From the IMG/VR virus record IMGVR_UViG_3300014205_000170, positions 352,001-416,000 of that record: a stretch of DNA of 64,000 bases; one strand, written 5' to 3'. This document shows, in pieces, positions 39,114 through 49,240 of the stretch; position 1 is the first letter of the stretch; the number at the start of each line of letters is the position of its first letter. A program made the translations under genes and the position numbers. Source of the DNA: a virus. Taxonomy: Duplodnaviria; Caudoviricetes. The notes below the pieces were generated by a model. It searched no databases and was not told the DNA's origin. It was given only the letters and a program-made list of their open reading frames with translations.

Positions 39114-40493
39114 ATGGAAAACGCAGATATTAAAAGTGCAATAAAAAATATAAATCAACCGTTAACTCTGTTGGATTTAAATTTTCAGAAGAAACTTATT
39201 AAAGTTATTATTGAGGATAAACAAGGAGAATTTTCTTCTCAAATCATAGATGTTTTAAAACCAGAGTATTTTGATGGCGTTCACACCAAAACACTTATTC
39301 GACATATTATGGATTATGTAAACAAGTATAACATAATACCAGAATATCAAACACTAAGAGATATAATTAACGAAAAAGAAGCAGAAGGTATTTTAAAAGA
39401 TAATTTACTTGATTTAGTTGGTCTTATAGAAGAACAAAGAATTACTGATAAATTAAACGTAAAAGATATTTCTCTTAATTTTTGTCGTAAACAATCTTTA
39501 AAAAAAGGCTTAATTGATGCTGTTGATAATTGGGAAAAAGGAGATTATGAAAATATATCTCAAATTATTTCAGAAGCGTTAAAAGTAGGAGAACCAAAAA
39601 GCAGTGGACATAATTATATTGATGATGTTGATAAAAGAATGTTGAAAAAACACAGAATTCCGGTACCAGCCATGAAAGGAGTGGATTCAAAAATTGGAGG
39701 TGGTCTTGCCGGTGGTGAACTTGGTATTATTTTATCTCCAACAGGAGGAGGTAAATCAATGATGTTAGTAAAGTTTGCTTGTACAGCGTTAGAAGCTGGT
39801 AAGAATGTTGTTTACTACACATTGGAGTTACAAGAAAGTGTTATTGGCAATAGAATAGATTCTTGTTTAAATGGTATACCTATTAAAGATGTTTTTGAAT
39901 ATACTGATATTATAAAAGAAAAAGTAGCAGAGATAAAAACTAGAGGCGGTAATTTAATTATCAAAGAATTTCCAACAGGTGGAGCTTCTGTAAATACAAT
40001 CAAATCACATTTAAAAGTTTTAGAAAGAAGCGGAATAATTCCAGATATTATCTTTATTGATTATGCTGATATTATGAAAGCAATTTCAAGTTTTTCTGAA
40101 AAGAGATTTGCTTTAACTTCTATTTATGAAGGATTACGTGGAATGGCTATGGAAATGAATATTCCTATTTGGACAGCTAGTCAAGCTGGAAGAGCTGCTA
40201 TTAATAAAGATAGATTTAGTTTAGACACCATTTCAGAAAGTTTAGGAAAAGCACAAACAGCAGATATTATTCTTGGTATTGCAAGACCAGATGAAGAGAA
40301 AGAAAAGAAAAAAGCAACAATGATTGTTTTAAAAAACAGAAATGGCGAAGATGGTTATTCTCTACCATTACATTTTGATACATCGAAAATCGATATAACT
40401 TTAGATGAATCAAATGATATGAAAATAGGTGTAAAAGGTATGAATATTGAAGCGCAACATAGAGCCAATCTTAATGCTGCACAAAATCTATAA
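39114..40493 (+). CDS. replicative helicase, DnaB/T4 gp41-like
   Basis: SPTGGGKS, YTLEL, IKEFPTG, IDYADIM, WTASQ, KNRNG. Confidence 0.95.
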   Translation: MENADIKSAIKNINQPLTLLDLNFQKKLIKVIIEDKQGEFSSQIIDVLKPEYFDGVHTKTLIRHIMDYVNKYNIIPEYQTLRDIINEKEAEGILKDNLLDLVGLIEEQRITDKLNVKDISLNFCRKQSLKKGLIDAVDNWEKGDYENISQIISEALKVGEPKSSGHNYIDDVDKRMLKKHRIPVPAMKGVDSKIGGGLAGGELGIILSPTGGGKSMMLVKFACTALEAGKNVVYYTLELQESVIGNRIDSCLNGIPIKDVFEYTDIIKEKVAEIKTRGGNLIIKEFPTGGASVNTIKSHLKVLERSGIIPDIIFIDYADIMKAISSFSEKRFALTSIYEGLRGMAMEMNIPIWTASQAGRAAINKDRFSLDTISESLGKAQTADIILGIARPDEEKEKKKATMIVLKNRNGEDGYSLPLHFDTSKIDITLDESNDMKIGVKGMNIEAQHRANLNAAQNL

Positions 40494-40617
40494 CTTAAGT
40501 TAAGGTTTTAAAAAAAATGTCTTATTAAATTATAGTTTTTTCTTGAAACCGTCCCCTTTTCTCCTCCCTCTAAAAAAAATATGTATTATTTAAAATGACA
40601 ATTAAGATAAAATTACT

Positions 40618-42960
40618 ATGAGCAAATCAATTAAAATCATCAAAAGAAACGGAACAAAAGAAGAACTAAATTATGATAAAATCAACAATGTATTGTTGTG
40701 GGCAACAGAGAACGTAAAAGGAGTAAGCGCATCAGATGTTGCAATGAATGCTAGATTGCAATTTACAGATGGGATTTCCACAGAAGATATACACAAAGTA
40801 TTAATTCAATCTGCTTGTAATTTAATTACAGAAGAAAATTCAAACTATCAATATGTTGCATCTAATCTTGCAAATTATTTATTAAGAAAACAAGTGTTTG
40901 GAGTACAAGATAATCTTCCTTCTGTATTTGATGTAATAAAGAAAAATATCAAATTAGGAATATATGATAAAATTATTTTAGAAAAATATTCAGAAGAAGA
41001 ATTAAATAAAATAAATAAATACATTAAACATCAACGTGATTTTAATTTTGCTTACGCAGGTATTCAACAAGTAATTGATAAGTATTTATTAAAAGATAGG
41101 TCAACAGGTAAATCATTTGAGACACCTCAATTTATGTATATGATGATTGCATTAACTATTTACATGAATTATGACCCAGAGCAAAGAATAAAATTCGTTA
41201 AAAGCTTTTATGATGATATTTCTTTGTTTAAAATAAATTTACCTACTCCTATTATGTCTGGAGTAAGAACTCCAAACAGACAATATTCTTCTTGTTGTTT
41301 AATTGATGTTGCAGATACATTACATTCTATATTTCATTCTAATTCTGCTGTAGGATATTATACAGCAAAACGTGCAGGCATTGGGTTGAACTTTGGTCGT
41401 ATTCGTTCTATTGGAGATAGAATCAGAAGTGGAGAAGTAATTCATACTGGTGTTATACCTTTCTTGAAAATGTTTGAAGCTACAACAAAAAGTTGTACTC
41501 AAAACGGAGTAAGAGGCGGTTCATCAACAACTCATTTTCCTTTTTGGCATAAAGAAATATCTGATATACTTGTTCTAAAAAACAATAAAGGTACTGATGA
41601 TAATCGTGTTCGTAAGATGGATTATTCAATTCAATTCAATAGATTGTTTTATAAAAGATTTGTTGAAGACAAAGAATTAACATTGTTCTCTCCTGGTGAT
41701 GTTCCGGATTTATATCAAGCTTTTTTTAAAACAAATGAAGAGTTTGAAGTTTTATATGAAAAATATGAAAATGATAAAAAAATAAAGACTAAGAAAATAA
41801 AAGCTAGAGATTTAATGAACTCTTTTGTTCAAGAAAGAATAGGTACTGGACGTATGTATGTTATGAATGTTGACCATGTTAACTCTCATAGTTCTTTTTT
41901 AGAATCAATTTACATGTCGAATTTGTGTCAAGAAATTACATTGCCAACTTATCCTATTAATCATATTGATGATACAGATGATAGTGAATCAGAAATTGCA
42001 TTATGTGTTTTATCTGCAATTAATTTAGGTGAATTTAAAGAATTTTCAGAATTAGAAAGTATTTGTGAGAACATTGTACGCTCTCTTGATTTTATTATTG
42101 AAAATCAGGATTATCCAGTAAGAGCTGCTTTAAAAATGTTGAAGCGTCGTTCTATTGGAGTTGGAATAACAAATCTTGCATATTTCTTTGCTAAGAATGA
42201 TGTGAAGTTTGATGATGAGAAAGCTTTATACTTATTGGATGAAGTAATGGAACATATTCAATATTATTTAATTAAAGCATCTGTAAAATTAGCCAAAGAA
42301 TTTGGACCATGTGAGTATTTTAATCGTACAAAATATAGTCAAGGCATTTTACCAATAGATACATACGCAAAAGCAGTTGATACAATTGTTAAAAGAAAAT
42401 ATACGCTTGACTGGGATGCGCTCCGTAAAGACGTAGTAGAATTTGGAATGAGAAACTCCACACTTACAGCTGTAATGCCGGCAGAAAGCTCTGCTGTTGT
42501 AACTAATGCTACAAATGGAATAGAACCACCTCGCGCTTTAGTATCTATTAAAAAATCGAAACAAGGTTTGTTAAAACAAGTGGTTCCGGAAATTGCTCGT
42601 TTAAAAAACAAATATACTTTAGCATATGATTTGCAGTCAAATAAAGGAATTACAAATGTTCAGGCTGTTATGCAAAAATGGGTTGACCAATCTTTAAGTT
42701 CAAATCATTATTACGATATCACAAAATATAAGGACCAAGAAATCCCAACTTCAATTTTAGCTCAAGATTTATTGTATGCTTACAAGATGGGTATCAAGAC
42801 GTTATACTATGCGAATACTAATGATAACAAAACTGACGATTATTCCCAACAAATCAAACATTCAATGGATGAAGGGGTAAAAAACTCTAAAGCGGAAGAA
42901 AAAGAAAGAATAGCCATACTTGAAGATAGCGGATGTGAATCTGGTGCTTGTTCAATCTAA
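40618..42960 (+). CDS. nrdA: ribonucleotide reductase class Ia alpha subunit with ATP cone
   Basis: IIKRNG cone, PTPIM, SSCC, SNLCQEI, MPAESS, TLYY, C-terminal CESGAC. Confidence 0.97.
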   Translation: MSKSIKIIKRNGTKEELNYDKINNVLLWATENVKGVSASDVAMNARLQFTDGISTEDIHKVLIQSACNLITEENSNYQYVASNLANYLLRKQVFGVQDNLPSVFDVIKKNIKLGIYDKIILEKYSEEELNKINKYIKHQRDFNFAYAGIQQVIDKYLLKDRSTGKSFETPQFMYMMIALTIYMNYDPEQRIKFVKSFYDDISLFKINLPTPIMSGVRTPNRQYSSCCLIDVADTLHSIFHSNSAVGYYTAKRAGIGLNFGRIRSIGDRIRSGEVIHTGVIPFLKMFEATTKSCTQNGVRGGSSTTHFPFWHKEISDILVLKNNKGTDDNRVRKMDYSIQFNRLFYKRFVEDKELTLFSPGDVPDLYQAFFKTNEEFEVLYEKYENDKKIKTKKIKARDLMNSFVQERIGTGRMYVMNVDHVNSHSSFLESIYMSNLCQEITLPTYPINHIDDTDDSESEIALCVLSAINLGEFKEFSELESICENIVRSLDFIIENQDYPVRAALKMLKRRSIGVGITNLAYFFAKNDVKFDDEKALYLLDEVMEHIQYYLIKASVKLAKEFGPCEYFNRTKYSQGILPIDTYAKAVDTIVKRKYTLDWDALRKDVVEFGMRNSTLTAVMPAESSAVVTNATNGIEPPRALVSIKKSKQGLLKQVVPEIARLKNKYTLAYDLQSNKGITNVQAVMQKWVDQSLSSNHYYDITKYKDQEIPTSILAQDLLYAYKMGIKTLYYANTNDNKTDDYSQQIKHSMDEGVKNSKAEEKERIAILEDSGCESGACSI

Positions 42961-42995
42961 AAATTATTCTTATATTTGTCTAGAATATTTTTATT

Positions 42996-44078
42996 ATGGG
43001 AGCAAACAAAAGTTTAATAAATCTACAACAGGTAGATTTTACAAAAGAACCTTTATTCTTCGGAAAAGGTCTTAATTTACAACGATATGATAAGTTCAGA
43101 TATGAACAGTTATTTGGTTTATTTAAACAACAATTAGGATTTTTTTGGAGACCAGAGGAAGTATCTTTGGCTGGTAAAGAAAAAACTGATTATGATAATC
43201 TCACTGAACATGAGAAATTTATTTTTACCAAAAATTTAAGTTATCAAATTTTGTTAGATTCTATACAGTCTCGCGGCATTTCTCACTTATTGGAAGATTG
43301 TTCTAATCCAGAATTAGAAGCTTTTGCGAAAACTTGGGAGTTTTTCGAAACATTACATTCATATTCTTACACTTATATTATTAAAAATGTTTATCCAGCT
43401 CCCAGCGATGTGTTTGATAATATTTTAAATGATGAAGAAATCATAAAAAGAACAGGCTCTGTTACTAAGTATTATGATAGTCTTATTGAAAACATTCCGG
43501 ATGATTCATTAGATAATAAAAAGAAAAAATTATACTTGACACTTGTGTCTATTAATATTTTAGAAGGTATTAGATTTTACGTTTCATTTGCTTGCTCTTA
43601 TTGTTTTGCTGAAAACAAAAAAATGGAAGGAAATGCTAAAATAATTTCTTTAATTAACAGAGATGAAAATTGTCATTTAGGCTTTACTCAAATTATTATA
43701 AATTTATTGCGTAAAAATACTGACGAAGGTTTTACACATATTGCAGAAGAATGTGAGCCTATTGTTATAAAGATGTTTGAGGATGCTGCTAAAGAAGAAA
43801 TAGAGTGGGCAAATTATTTGTTTAAAAATGGTGGCCTTTTAGGATTAAATGCTGAGATTTTAACTCAATACATGAAATGGTTAACCAATTTAAGAATGAA
43901 AGGTATTGGTTTAAATCCTATTTTTGAACGTGTAACCAACCCAATCAGTTGGATTAATAATTGGACTAATTCTAAAGGTGTCCAAAATGCACCTCAAGAA
44001 ACAGAAATAGAATCATATATAATTGGCTCATTTAAAAACGATATGGGAGATACTGATTTTAGCGAATTCAACTTTTAA
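42996..44078 (+). CDS. nrdB: ribonucleotide reductase class Ia beta subunit
   Basis: FFWRPEEV, LDSIQ, ETLHSYSY, LEGIRFY, RDENCH, APQETE; TATATTTG at 42971. Confidence 0.97.
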   Translation: MGANKSLINLQQVDFTKEPLFFGKGLNLQRYDKFRYEQLFGLFKQQLGFFWRPEEVSLAGKEKTDYDNLTEHEKFIFTKNLSYQILLDSIQSRGISHLLEDCSNPELEAFAKTWEFFETLHSYSYTYIIKNVYPAPSDVFDNILNDEEIIKRTGSVTKYYDSLIENIPDDSLDNKKKKLYLTLVSINILEGIRFYVSFACSYCFAENKKMEGNAKIISLINRDENCHLGFTQIIINLLRKNTDEGFTHIAEECEPIVIKMFEDAAKEEIEWANYLFKNGGLLGLNAEILTQYMKWLTNLRMKGIGLNPIFERVTNPISWINNWTNSKGVQNAPQETEIESYIIGSFKNDMGDTDFSEFNF

Positions 44079-44138
44079 CATACAAAATCTCCATTTTTTT
44101 CCCTTTTTAGGCACTATTTAATTTTAAATAGTATTATT

Positions 44139-45785
44139 GTGAAAAAGAGGAAAATTACTAAAAAAGAGTTAGAAAATCTTATCTCAGAAGGTGTAAAAAA
44201 ATTGTTTTTTGAAAAGAAAGCAGAACCGGTTACTAAACCAGCACCAACAAAAACCCCTGAGCGTACTAAAAAACCTAACCCTATTAAAATACCTAAACCA
44301 GGTACTTTCCCAAAGCCAAATCCAAAAGCTAAAGCTAAAAATGAAGCTACTGAAATAAAAGCTGAAAATCTTTTAAAGGAGTGGAATAAAATTTTACGAT
44401 TAGAAGATGAAAAGAAAAGGATGAAACGTCTTTTTCAAGAAGCTCCTCTAGATATAGATGGTGGAGAACATCAACCCCACAATTCAATCAAACAAGGAAT
44501 TGAAGGTGAAAAACAAACGCCTTTTAGTGCTGTTGATTTCTTCTCAAGAAGAAGATTAGACCAAAGTACAATAGAAAAAATTGGTAGCGAAGAATTCAAT
44601 GCAATCGTAAGACACATTGGTGAAGAAGGTGTTGGGAATATGAATACTATGGAAATTATGAATGCTTTACAAATGATTGTATCGTATGAAATGAGACATA
44701 GAGGTAATCTTGAAAATTTAGCAAAAACAATCGTTCAAAGAAAATTTGGGCTTTCCGATGAAATCATGGATATGATTGATGCTAAATTAAAAAATCCTGG
44801 TGAAATTGATGCTCCGGATGATGACACTCCTCAAGAAGAGGTTGAACAACAATTTACAGAAGAAGAATTAGAAGTAATCAAGAAAAACGTTGACAAACGA
44901 GTTATTAATAACACATTGATGATGGGTGCTGGTTATAGAGCACATCAAATTTTTGATGATTTAAAAAATTCTTTAGACGGAATTGATGCAAGACTTTATC
45001 CGCTTTACACTAGAATGATGCCTAATGTTGAGTTGTTCCTATGGAAGCTTCCAGTTGAAGAAATGTATGGTCAAAGACAAATGTGGGGTAAATCAGAATT
45101 GAAATGTGATGGAGATTCCTGTAAAGCAGAGGCATCAGCTATTATTTTCCCTATTCTTTTACATGAAGTTGCTAAAGCAGCAGTAGAAATTTTATTACTT
45201 CAGCATCTTGCAGATATACAAGAAAAACATGGAGAAGCTGTTGCAAAACAAGTTGTTAAACAAGCAGATTCTTATATGGATGAGCATTGGTTAAAATTAA
45301 TAGGACCAAGATTGTGGAAATATTTACATGATGCTTTATTGTTTGTTGTTCAAGAAGAGGGTGAAGATTATACCATTATTTCATATGTATTAAACAGAAT
45401 GGCTTCAATGGAACCAGAAGAATTCATGGAACTAATGGATAATACAATTCATGATGGTCCACTAGCTATTGAAAAAATTAAAGTTCTACTTTCGACAATA
45501 AGAAACGATATTGACGCATTTGAAACACAAGAAGGAGAAACACCATCTCCAGAAAATTTGGATGCGAATAGAGAAGATATGTCAGATGAGATTGCAAATC
45601 TATTACGTGCTAATCAAGATGAATTATTAACTCGCACTCCGGAAGAAGAAAGACCAGTTGCAAATCCCAAAAAGAACTTAGCCGATATGGATATAGATGA
45701 ATTGAATAATATTCTTCAACATGCATTAGAGGGTGAAAAATATGAATTGGCTTCTAAGGTTAGAGATGAAATAAGAAAGAGATAA
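44139..45785 (+). CDS. putative virion protein with Pro-rich linker, HExxK motif and C-terminal UVR domain
   Basis: FPILLHEVAKAAVE; ALEGEKYELASKVRDEI; TATTTA at 44115. Confidence 0.7.
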   Translation: MKKRKITKKELENLISEGVKKLFFEKKAEPVTKPAPTKTPERTKKPNPIKIPKPGTFPKPNPKAKAKNEATEIKAENLLKEWNKILRLEDEKKRMKRLFQEAPLDIDGGEHQPHNSIKQGIEGEKQTPFSAVDFFSRRRLDQSTIEKIGSEEFNAIVRHIGEEGVGNMNTMEIMNALQMIVSYEMRHRGNLENLAKTIVQRKFGLSDEIMDMIDAKLKNPGEIDAPDDDTPQEEVEQQFTEEELEVIKKNVDKRVINNTLMMGAGYRAHQIFDDLKNSLDGIDARLYPLYTRMMPNVELFLWKLPVEEMYGQRQMWGKSELKCDGDSCKAEASAIIFPILLHEVAKAAVEILLLQHLADIQEKHGEAVAKQVVKQADSYMDEHWLKLIGPRLWKYLHDALLFVVQEEGEDYTIISYVLNRMASMEPEEFMELMDNTIHDGPLAIEKIKVLLSTIRNDIDAFETQEGETPSPENLDANREDMSDEIANLLRANQDELLTRTPEEERPVANPKKNLADMDIDELNNILQHALEGEKYELASKVRDEIRKR

Positions 45786-45835
45786 TTATTTACTTTGTTT
45801 AAATTTTAATTTAATTTTAAGAAAAATAATTTTTT

Positions 45836-46018
45836 ATGAAAAAAGACAAAAAAAATCATCAAAAACGAATTTCTGCCTTAAAAAGAAATACAAAAAGGAG
45901 TACTAGATTGAAATCTACGCAACAAAATAAGGCAAATAGAAAAAAAGAGGTAATAGAATACAAAAAGAAAGCTCAGAAAAAATTCGAACAACACATGAAG
46001 AGTTTATTGGGTAAATAA
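45836..46018 (+). CDS. small very basic protein
   Basis: 60 aa, Lys/Arg-rich, followed by a terminator. Confidence 0.6.
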   Translation: MKKDKKNHQKRISALKRNTKRSTRLKSTQQNKANRKKEVIEYKKKAQKKFEQHMKSLLGK

Positions 46019-46033
46019 CCATTAAATACAGAC

Positions 46034-46061
46034 AAGGCCACTTAAAAAAAGTGGCCTTTTT
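46034..46061 (+). terminator. intrinsic terminator
   Basis: AAGGCCACTT-aaaaa-AAGTGGCCTT followed by TTT. Confidence 0.8.
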
Positions 46062-46086
46062 CATTTTTAACCTATATTTATGAATA

Positions 46087-46773
46087 ATGAAATTGTCGGA
46101 ATATATAAATAAAACTGTTGAACTTGAGATTAAAAAAATACTCAAAGAGCAAGAAGAGGAAGAACAAAAAACTGATGATGAAGTTTTGGTTACCTTCGAC
46201 AAAATGAATTCTTTCATTAAAGATGAAAAACAAGAATCTGATACAGCTATTAAAAATTCATTAAAATTAATGAGTGCTTTAAGTGAGCCAGTAAAAAGAA
46301 GCGCAGAAAATATGAATATTAATGTGCAAAAACAAAGAATTAAGAAGCTTGATACTATGCAAAAAGGTATTGATACCCAAAAAAAGAGCTTTGAAGATAG
46401 CCTAAGAAAGAAACAAACTCAAAGTCAAACAACACAGCAAATTGCTGTACAAACAGAAAATTCTTCTATGCCGGTAATGAAAAGAGAATTTGCCGAAGGT
46501 GACAATGTTAGTCCTACAAGTGTACAACCACAAGCACTTGAAACACCTATGAAAAAAGCTTATATAGTCAAATTTGATACAAAAACAGAACATCCGTTTG
46601 AAGTTAAATTTTCTGAAAGAGGTTTTTCTATAAATGGCACTAGATTAAGTTTTGAGGCACTTGAAAATGCTTTATCCAAAAATTACACCATTGTATTAGA
46701 TAATGGTAGTGGTTTGCCTCTAAATGCCATTAGAATGCAAAAAATACTTAAGTATAAAGATAAGTGGTATTAA
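46087..46773 (+). CDS. hypothetical protein, putative head-associated
   Basis: N-terminal MKLSE...IKKILKE; TATTTA at 46075. Confidence 0.7.
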   Translation: MKLSEYINKTVELEIKKILKEQEEEEQKTDDEVLVTFDKMNSFIKDEKQESDTAIKNSLKLMSALSEPVKRSAENMNINVQKQRIKKLDTMQKGIDTQKKSFEDSLRKKQTQSQTTQQIAVQTENSSMPVMKREFAEGDNVSPTSVQPQALETPMKKAYIVKFDTKTEHPFEVKFSERGFSINGTRLSFEALENALSKNYTIVLDNGSGLPLNAIRMQKILKYKDKWY

Positions 46774-46782
46774 ATACTTTCC

Positions 46783-47226
46783 ATGAGTAAACAGTCTTAT
46801 GTTTTAAGAAGAAAAAGTGTATTAATTGAAAAGTTTATTAATCACACAATATCTCTAAACAATACTGTAAGTCATCTCAATAATATTCCATTATTTTTCA
46901 ATATGGAATATCTTCGAAAAAATAAATTTATTGTCGAAATGAAAATAGATGATAAAATTGTGAATGCCGAGAGCATTCAGGGATTTAAAATTTCAAATTT
47001 TGAAAATGGAGAAAAGTCAATTAAGGTTCACACTGCTATCCATTTAGATACATGGTTAAACGATTATAATAAAGTCAATATTATTAAAATTTACTTATTA
47101 GATTCAATAGGAAGTGAACTTAGAGAGTTTGATTTAGATGTAATATACTTAGGATATTCATTTGATTGTGATTATAAAGAGGATGCTTTGGCCATTCCAA
47201 CTTTTACCTACAAAATAATAGAATAA
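46783..47226 (+). CDS. degenerate tail-tube-like paralog
   Basis: EYLRKNKFIVE...IKIYLLDSIG...DCDYKED. Confidence 0.45.
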   Translation: MSKQSYVLRRKSVLIEKFINHTISLNNTVSHLNNIPLFFNMEYLRKNKFIVEMKIDDKIVNAESIQGFKISNFENGEKSIKVHTAIHLDTWLNDYNKVNIIKIYLLDSIGSELREFDLDVIYLGYSFDCDYKEDALAIPTFTYKIIE

Positions 47227-47243
47227 TTTTTTTTCACACTCAA

Positions 47244-47275
47244 TTTGTTTTTTTAAAACCTACCCGTTATATTTG
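47244..47275 (+). promoter_or_regulatory. Bacteroidota promoter TTTG-N20-TATATTTG
   Basis: TTTG 47244-47247 and TATATTTG 47268-47275. Confidence 0.7.
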
Positions 47276-47298
47276 TTTTATAAACATAAAAAAACAAT

Positions 47299-47571
47299 AT
47301 GGAATATTTAGGTTATATTTTTGATTCTCCAGAGAGAGATGAAACAACTGGTAATTGGAATCCAGTAGAAATAACATTCGATGAACAAGAAAGTTTTAAT
47401 GGTGCAACTTCCAAGTTAATTAAAGTTTTCAAACACCCTGATGGCGATGGAAAATGTATTGTCACAGATTCGGAAAGCCAAAAATACATGTTGGACATTA
47501 CTCATGTAACTTTCGATACACAATTTAACTCAATTAGAGTTTTTCCTACTGAATGTAGAAAAATGAAATAA
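47299..47571 (+). CDS. hypothetical protein
   Basis: 90 aa ORF after the promoter. Confidence 0.7.
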   Translation: MEYLGYIFDSPERDETTGNWNPVEITFDEQESFNGATSKLIKVFKHPDGDGKCIVTDSESQKYMLDITHVTFDTQFNSIRVFPTECRKMK

Positions 47572-47574
47572 TAT

Positions 47575-47868
47575 ATGGAACAAGACAGAATAACAAAAAT
47601 TGAATCTGAACTTTTAGAATTAAAAGCCAGAGCTAGGAATATTGGTTATAAAAACGAAATACCTAGATTGCCAAAAAATATAAGAGTGAAAACGGCTGGA
47701 CTTCAAGAAAGTCTTTTGAGTGGTTTTACGAAAAGACTCTCCAATTGGGAAAGAGGATTGTTGTTAATGGAAAATCCTGGTGGACTTACACTTAAGGCTG
47801 ATAATGCCAGAAATCTAGCAGAGGCTACAACAAATTTGGTTCATCATTTTAACGGAAACACTCAATAA
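47575..47868 (+). CDS. hypothetical protein
   Basis: 97 aa ORF. Confidence 0.65.
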   Translation: MEQDRITKIESELLELKARARNIGYKNEIPRLPKNIRVKTAGLQESLLSGFTKRLSNWERGLLLMENPGGLTLKADNARNLAEATTNLVHHFNGNTQ

Positions 47869-47944
47869 AGTAACTTTATTGACATTTTGGCAGTTTTTAA
47901 AGAAAAAGCACTATATTTGCAATGTGTGAGATAAACACAATAAT

Positions 47945-48394
47945 ATGGAAAAAAATCATAATTGGATAACACCTTCAGACATTTTTGAAGCGACAAATGA
48001 CTTAATGAAAGAAGCTAGTATTGTATTTAAAGAAGCAGATACTATGTTTAAAGACGTTTTTAATAAAAAACGTAACTTTCCAGCCACAAATATCGTTCAA
48101 AACGAAAAAGGAGTAACGCTAGAAATAGCTATTCCCGGATTCAAAAAAGAAGATGTGAATATTTCTTTGGAAGGTAATGTTTTAACTGTATCCTGCAAAA
48201 CAGAGGAAACAAATAGAAATTTTACTACAAAAGAATTCTCATCTAGTTCTTTTACGCGTTCTTTTAATATTTCTCAGGTTTTAGATAAAAATAAAATCAC
48301 TTCATCTTTAAAGGATGGAATGTTGTTTATTGAAATTCCTAAAATTGAAAAAACTACTGTGAACCCAGAAAAGAAAAATATTCCTGTTAATTAA
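47945..48394 (+). CDS. small heat shock protein Hsp20/alpha-crystallin
   Basis: PATNI, IAIPGFKKEDVNI, SSFTRSF, DGMLFIEIPK; TATATTTG at 47912. Confidence 0.95.
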   Translation: MEKNHNWITPSDIFEATNDLMKEASIVFKEADTMFKDVFNKKRNFPATNIVQNEKGVTLEIAIPGFKKEDVNISLEGNVLTVSCKTEETNRNFTTKEFSSSSFTRSFNISQVLDKNKITSSLKDGMLFIEIPKIEKTTVNPEKKNIPVN

Positions 48395-48417
48395 TAAGAC
48401 TTTATACGTTTGTTTTT

Positions 48418-48451
48418 AAGAAGGCAGGAATTATTTCTGCCTTCTTTTTTT
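48418..48451 (+). terminator. intrinsic terminator
   Basis: AAGAAGGCAG-gaattattt-CTGCCTTCTT followed by a T run. Confidence 0.85.
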
Positions 48452-48464
48452 ATATTTATAATTG

Positions 48465-49160
48465 ATGAATAAAGTACTTAAAATATTTGACATGGACCGG
48501 ACGTTAATTAATACTCCGGATTTTACGCATTTTATTGATGTAGAGAACAATTCTACAATTGATACAGATAAGTATTTCCCCGAACAATTTAAAGCTATAA
48601 AAGCAATATTTTGGAATATTCTAATGACAGAAGTGCATTTTAAAAAAGAAGGAGATTATGCAGTTATCATTAATTCGAAAAACAACTCTAGATTTGATGA
48701 AAGACAACTTTCGCATATTTTTAGTAAAGACCCCAAAGCTGAACAATATTTAGAATTGCATAATGATGAAATTGTAGTTAAACATCCACGAGATTTTTAT
48801 ACGAATCCACAGACTTTAGGATATGCAGTTAATGATGAAATCACCAAAGAGTATGAATCAGCAAATCACAAAATGATTCTGACAGGACGAGGAGAAAAAT
48901 TAAGAGCCGATATTTTAAAAATGTTTAAATTTCTTAATGTACCAGAACCTAATGAGGGGTTAGTTTTGTGGCCAGGAAGTCCAAAAATTAAAGAGTATAA
49001 AACTAATAAAATTTTAGACGCAGCTGCAACAGGAAAGTGGAATGAAATTCACTTTTTTGAAGATAGAGAAGATTGGTTGAGTCATGCACACGTAGCAATG
49101 AATTCTACTTATCCAAATATCAAATTTGTGCCTCATTTAATCACAACTTATAATACATAA
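48465..49160 (+). CDS. HAD-family phosphatase (Swiss Army Knife RNA-repair-like)
   Basis: IFDMDRTLINTP, ILTGR, EYK, FFEDR. Confidence 0.8.
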   Translation: MNKVLKIFDMDRTLINTPDFTHFIDVENNSTIDTDKYFPEQFKAIKAIFWNILMTEVHFKKEGDYAVIINSKNNSRFDERQLSHIFSKDPKAEQYLELHNDEIVVKHPRDFYTNPQTLGYAVNDEITKEYESANHKMILTGRGEKLRADILKMFKFLNVPEPNEGLVLWPGSPKIKEYKTNKILDAAATGKWNEIHFFEDREDWLSHAHVAMNSTYPNIKFVPHLITTYNT

Positions 49161-49182
49161 AAATTAACGTTTACCATTAAGT

Positions 49183-49214
49183 AACCCGTTAATTTTGAAA
49201 TTAACGGGTTTTTT
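49183..49214 (+). terminator. intrinsic terminator
   Basis: AACCCGTTAATT-ttga-AATTAACGGGTT followed by TTTT. Confidence 0.8.
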
Positions 49215-49240
49215 GTTTAACTTTGTAATAATAGAATAAT

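Noticed and set aside
40549-40571. C-rich polypyrimidine tract upstream of nrdA as a riboswitch or NrdR box
   Set aside because: No complementary partner, aptamer structure or NrdR palindrome recognised
10215-42960. Inteins or introns in dnaE, helicase, recA or nrdA
   Set aside because: Lengths are normal, motifs are contiguous, and there are no C...HN intein ends or homing endonuclease motifs
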